Part shown: in pieces, positions 61,171 to 64,000 of the stretch
Position numbering within the stretch: position 1 is the stretch's first letter
Layout of the letters: each line of letters begins with the position of its first letter
The notes under the pieces: model-generated
Told to the model about the DNA's origin: nothing
What the model saw: the letters and a program-made list of their open reading frames with translations, nothing else
Databases searched by the model: none
Position numbers and translations under genes: made by a program
DNA from: an uncultured Nitrospiraceae bacterium
Lineage (GTDB): Bacteria > Nitrospirota > Thermodesulfovibrionia > Thermodesulfovibrionales > SM23-35
Direction: 5' to 3'
Length of the DNA stretch: 64,000 nucleotides
Assembly: GCA_963727775.1 (NCBI GenBank)
Contig: CAVSHB010000001.1
Location: forward strand, 1,472,001 to 1,536,000

Positions 61171-63387
61171 AATTAATTATCAGGACTGGACAGGGCTTGG
61201 CTATATTACGGAAAACCCATTGACTAGCGAAGCGGGGTACATGCTTTCCGGCATGATAGCGGGCGGCATGACGGCGAAGAACAAGCAATTGTGGATAAAT
61301 CAGGATTTGGCGAATACATTGAGCCTGCCGAATACAAAGCAAACAAATATGGATGTTAACGCAGTCGTAAGGGTTGTCAGATTGGACAAAGCAAATACGG
61401 ACTACCAGGCGGGTATAGTAGGCAAAGATCTTACAACTCCCTTTCAAGTAATTGCCCTGGACGCTAATGACAGTCCGGTTCAAGGTGTCAATATAACCTT
61501 TAAGGTACTTGCGGGTGGGGGGCAAGTAAAAGGTATAAAGCCGCTCACAGCAAAAGACACCCAGGTAACGGTAATCACCGGGGCAGACGGTATAGCCTGG
61601 GCGCTGCTTACTCTGGGGCAGAAGACGTCGGTCTCTCCGTACTACCGTCAGATGACCGATTCTAAAGGTGTAATATATTGGGAACTTGTAGGTCAGAATT
61701 TTGTTTCGGTATATGCAACAACATAAAAGAATACTATCTCTACCGACAAACCTTTTGAGGCCTATGGAAGCCCGGGAGAGGCAACAACCATTGTCAAAGT
61801 GAACGGAGACTCAATTTCCGGGTATCCCAATGTTTTCTCGGGAACATTGTGGGTGAAGATAACCGACCAATATGAAAATCCGATCTCAAACAAGAAAGTC
61901 TATTTCACTATATTGCCCCAGACCTTTTTATCGGTGCCCCCAGTCGGCGAAACAAGAAATGCAAAGATATTCAAGGCGTTGAACGACTGCCCGATGATAG
62001 CCACACTTGATTGTCCTAATGCTTTACCCAATGACACAGACCCGCGTAATCCTATAGAAACCACTACGACTTATTATGGAGTTATGACCTACGCAATTCT
62101 TGGAAATACAACCGACACCAAATATGCGTTTAAAGTGAGTGCAAAGAAAGACTTCTTCAACGATAAAGGTGAAAGGGTAGATACTACTGCCGATATAACC
62201 GATGTAAAACTTGCTTCCGGATCTGCTTCTCCTGCCGAATTCGACCATTATATAGGGCATGCAGACGTCACTGATTTCCTTAAGCTTTTTTACGTATCCC
62301 GTATTAACGAACAAGGACAAATAATTGACGCGGGCGGAACAGAACAATTCTTTCCGTTTACGGTAGAGATGTGGTATATGAAGGAAAGAGAAAACACCAC
62401 TATATTCGATTCTACCCCTGTATATGACGGTACAGCAAAATTTTATGTATACCAAGACCAGGGAACCGGTACCTTTTGGCAACAATCTGTAACTAACCTT
62501 GGATGGAAGAAGAACAACAAATATATGACTTCTTACAAACTCGGAACGGAACCGGAACAGAACATTTTATATGCAACCGGGAATGCAACGATAGATGGGA
62601 AAGACCTGTATGCCAGGAGCGATAATGTTCCTATATGGACGGTAACGGCCACTGCAGACAATGCCGCTGTAATAATAAACAGTGACGGTTATCCATCCCT
62701 TGACACGGTAATAGGATATACAATAATGCCAGACGAATATAACCCTGCAACAATTGAAGTCTTCTTTTACGAAAATAACCAATATATGGGGTTAATACCT
62801 GGAAACAGGGACGAGGTGATAGTGAGTCAGGGCTTTGCAAAAAATCGACCCTGCAAAATCATATTCCTTTGAGGTAGTGCTAAACAGAGGTACCGACATG
62901 GAGATACGGAGTCATAGAGTGCCTATGATTGCAAGTAATTCAAGAGTAAAGCTTTGTAGGAGGGATTTAATAGGTGTTCCATATTGGCTTGTCGAGAGGT
63001 TTATTTCACAGGAGGATTATAATCAGCTTTACCATAATTTTGTTTGGATTGATGGGCATACATTTGGGTTCACCACGGGGGATAAAACGTATACTGAAAG
63101 GTGCATAGTTGAAGGTCCCGGTAAGGTTGAGGAAGATTTAACGGAGGATATTTGGGCAGCAGCTTCCGGTTCCATGCATGGAAGTTGTCAGGATATTTCA
63201 TGCAATAATCCTGCCCGGCTTTTAGAAGAAGCTATAGGACAGGCTAATTTTACACGGTATTATTATTGTTTATCATACGACCCTCTCAATAACGAAAGCG
63301 GCGGGATAAATTGCCAGGAGTGGGCGACTATGATGCTTAGAACATATTGCTATTGAAAGGAATCGACAAAAGGAGTCATGGAAACTA

Positions 63388-63985
63388 ATGGGTAAAATTT
63401 TTATTGGCTTATTAATCGTTATATGCATATTGTCCTTTGCTTTATTTTTACATTTCAATGAAATGCTGGACATCTAAAAAAAAAATAGTTTTGAAAGAAG
63501 GCGTTTTCAAGGTGATTAATGAGAAAAATGAGTTTGAGTTTGATAAGCTGAAAAACAAACCTTTTGATGTAATCGTGAGATTTTATAAGCAAGAAGGCAT
63601 TAATTACGTAGGTTTATTTTCAGGTAAAGTTGATTATGCTATTCAGACAGAATTAAAGAACCATAAAAATAGAGTTATTAAGCGGAATACTATAGAGCCT
63701 GGTAATTTTATGCCAAAAGGTTTTACAAATGAATATTTTGAATGGACATTGATGCGATTCGATGCAAATCAGTGGGAGAAATACAAAGTCAAGATTATTT
63801 TCGATAGCGGGTTTAATGATTTTGATACTATGAAAAAAGAAATCTACCTGGAGCAACATTATGACCGCCCCTCTGCTGTATGGTGGTTCGCACTTCGTCC
63901 CTTCTTCTTAATAATCTTTATTATTACATTTATCCCAATATTGATAATGGGCTTGATCTCTTGGCGACGGAAAAAAGAAAAATGA
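63388..63985 (+). CDS. Two-TM membrane protein, candidate immunity protein (5' frameshift)
   Basis: AT-rich, directly after the toxin-like domain; N-terminal TM MGKIFIGLLIVICILS joins the 63437 frame with one T fewer at 63436-38; C-terminal TM plus basic tail. Confidence 0.55.
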
Positions 63986-64000
63986 TGAAGAAATTAGGGA

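Larger units (their letters stand above)
55935..63356 (+). pseudogene. Large secreted transglutaminase-like / Ig-repeat protein with C-terminal papain-like domain; multiply disrupted
   Basis: Triad GNDCDQ / EHIWVE / LGLD. Removing 2787 bp (IS1111), 152 bp (hairpin insert) and one A near 62840 gives 1494 codons with one internal TAA (61724-61726). Start may be GTG 55965. Confidence 0.85.

Noticed and set aside
61724..61726. In-frame stop as recoding (Sec/Pyl)
   Set aside because: The codon is TAA and the gene is already disrupted upstream; simple nonsense mutation
1..64000. KOPS (GGGNAGGG) polarity switch at dif
   Set aside because: By-eye hits occur on both strands left of the site; inconclusive without a count

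Overview
Bacterial chromosomal window. Gene order and protein style suggest Nitrospirota (Thermodesulfovibrionia-like) or a relative; this is inference, not a database result. The housekeeping backbone includes pgpA-thpR-recA-pilT-recX-alaS, mobA-alr-rlmN, era-recO, greB, mgtA, mtaB/miaB, secA and tRNA-Gly(CCC). A XerC/D dif-like site at 46176-46203, in an AT-rich convergent zone, suggests the replication terminus. Accessory content is dense. (1) A Cyc2-type cytochrome-porin with a partner cytochrome c. (2) Two intact toxin-antitoxin pairs and one decayed pair. (3) An IS21 with an extra Zn-finger gene splitting a repeat-rich surface protein gene. (4) A 3.25-kb element with a single pair of TGT..ACA inverted repeats that encodes two different DDE transposases (IS481-type plus a frameshifted IS3-like OrfAB). 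(5) A ~1490-codon secreted transglutaminase-like gene with a C-terminal papain-like toxin candidate. That last gene is broken by an IS110/IS1111 element whose bridge-RNA-like region shows short target and donor matches, by an IS630 nested inside it, by a ~152-bp multi-hairpin insert, by a nonsense codon and by a frameshift. All calls are by-eye motif recognition; no searches were run.
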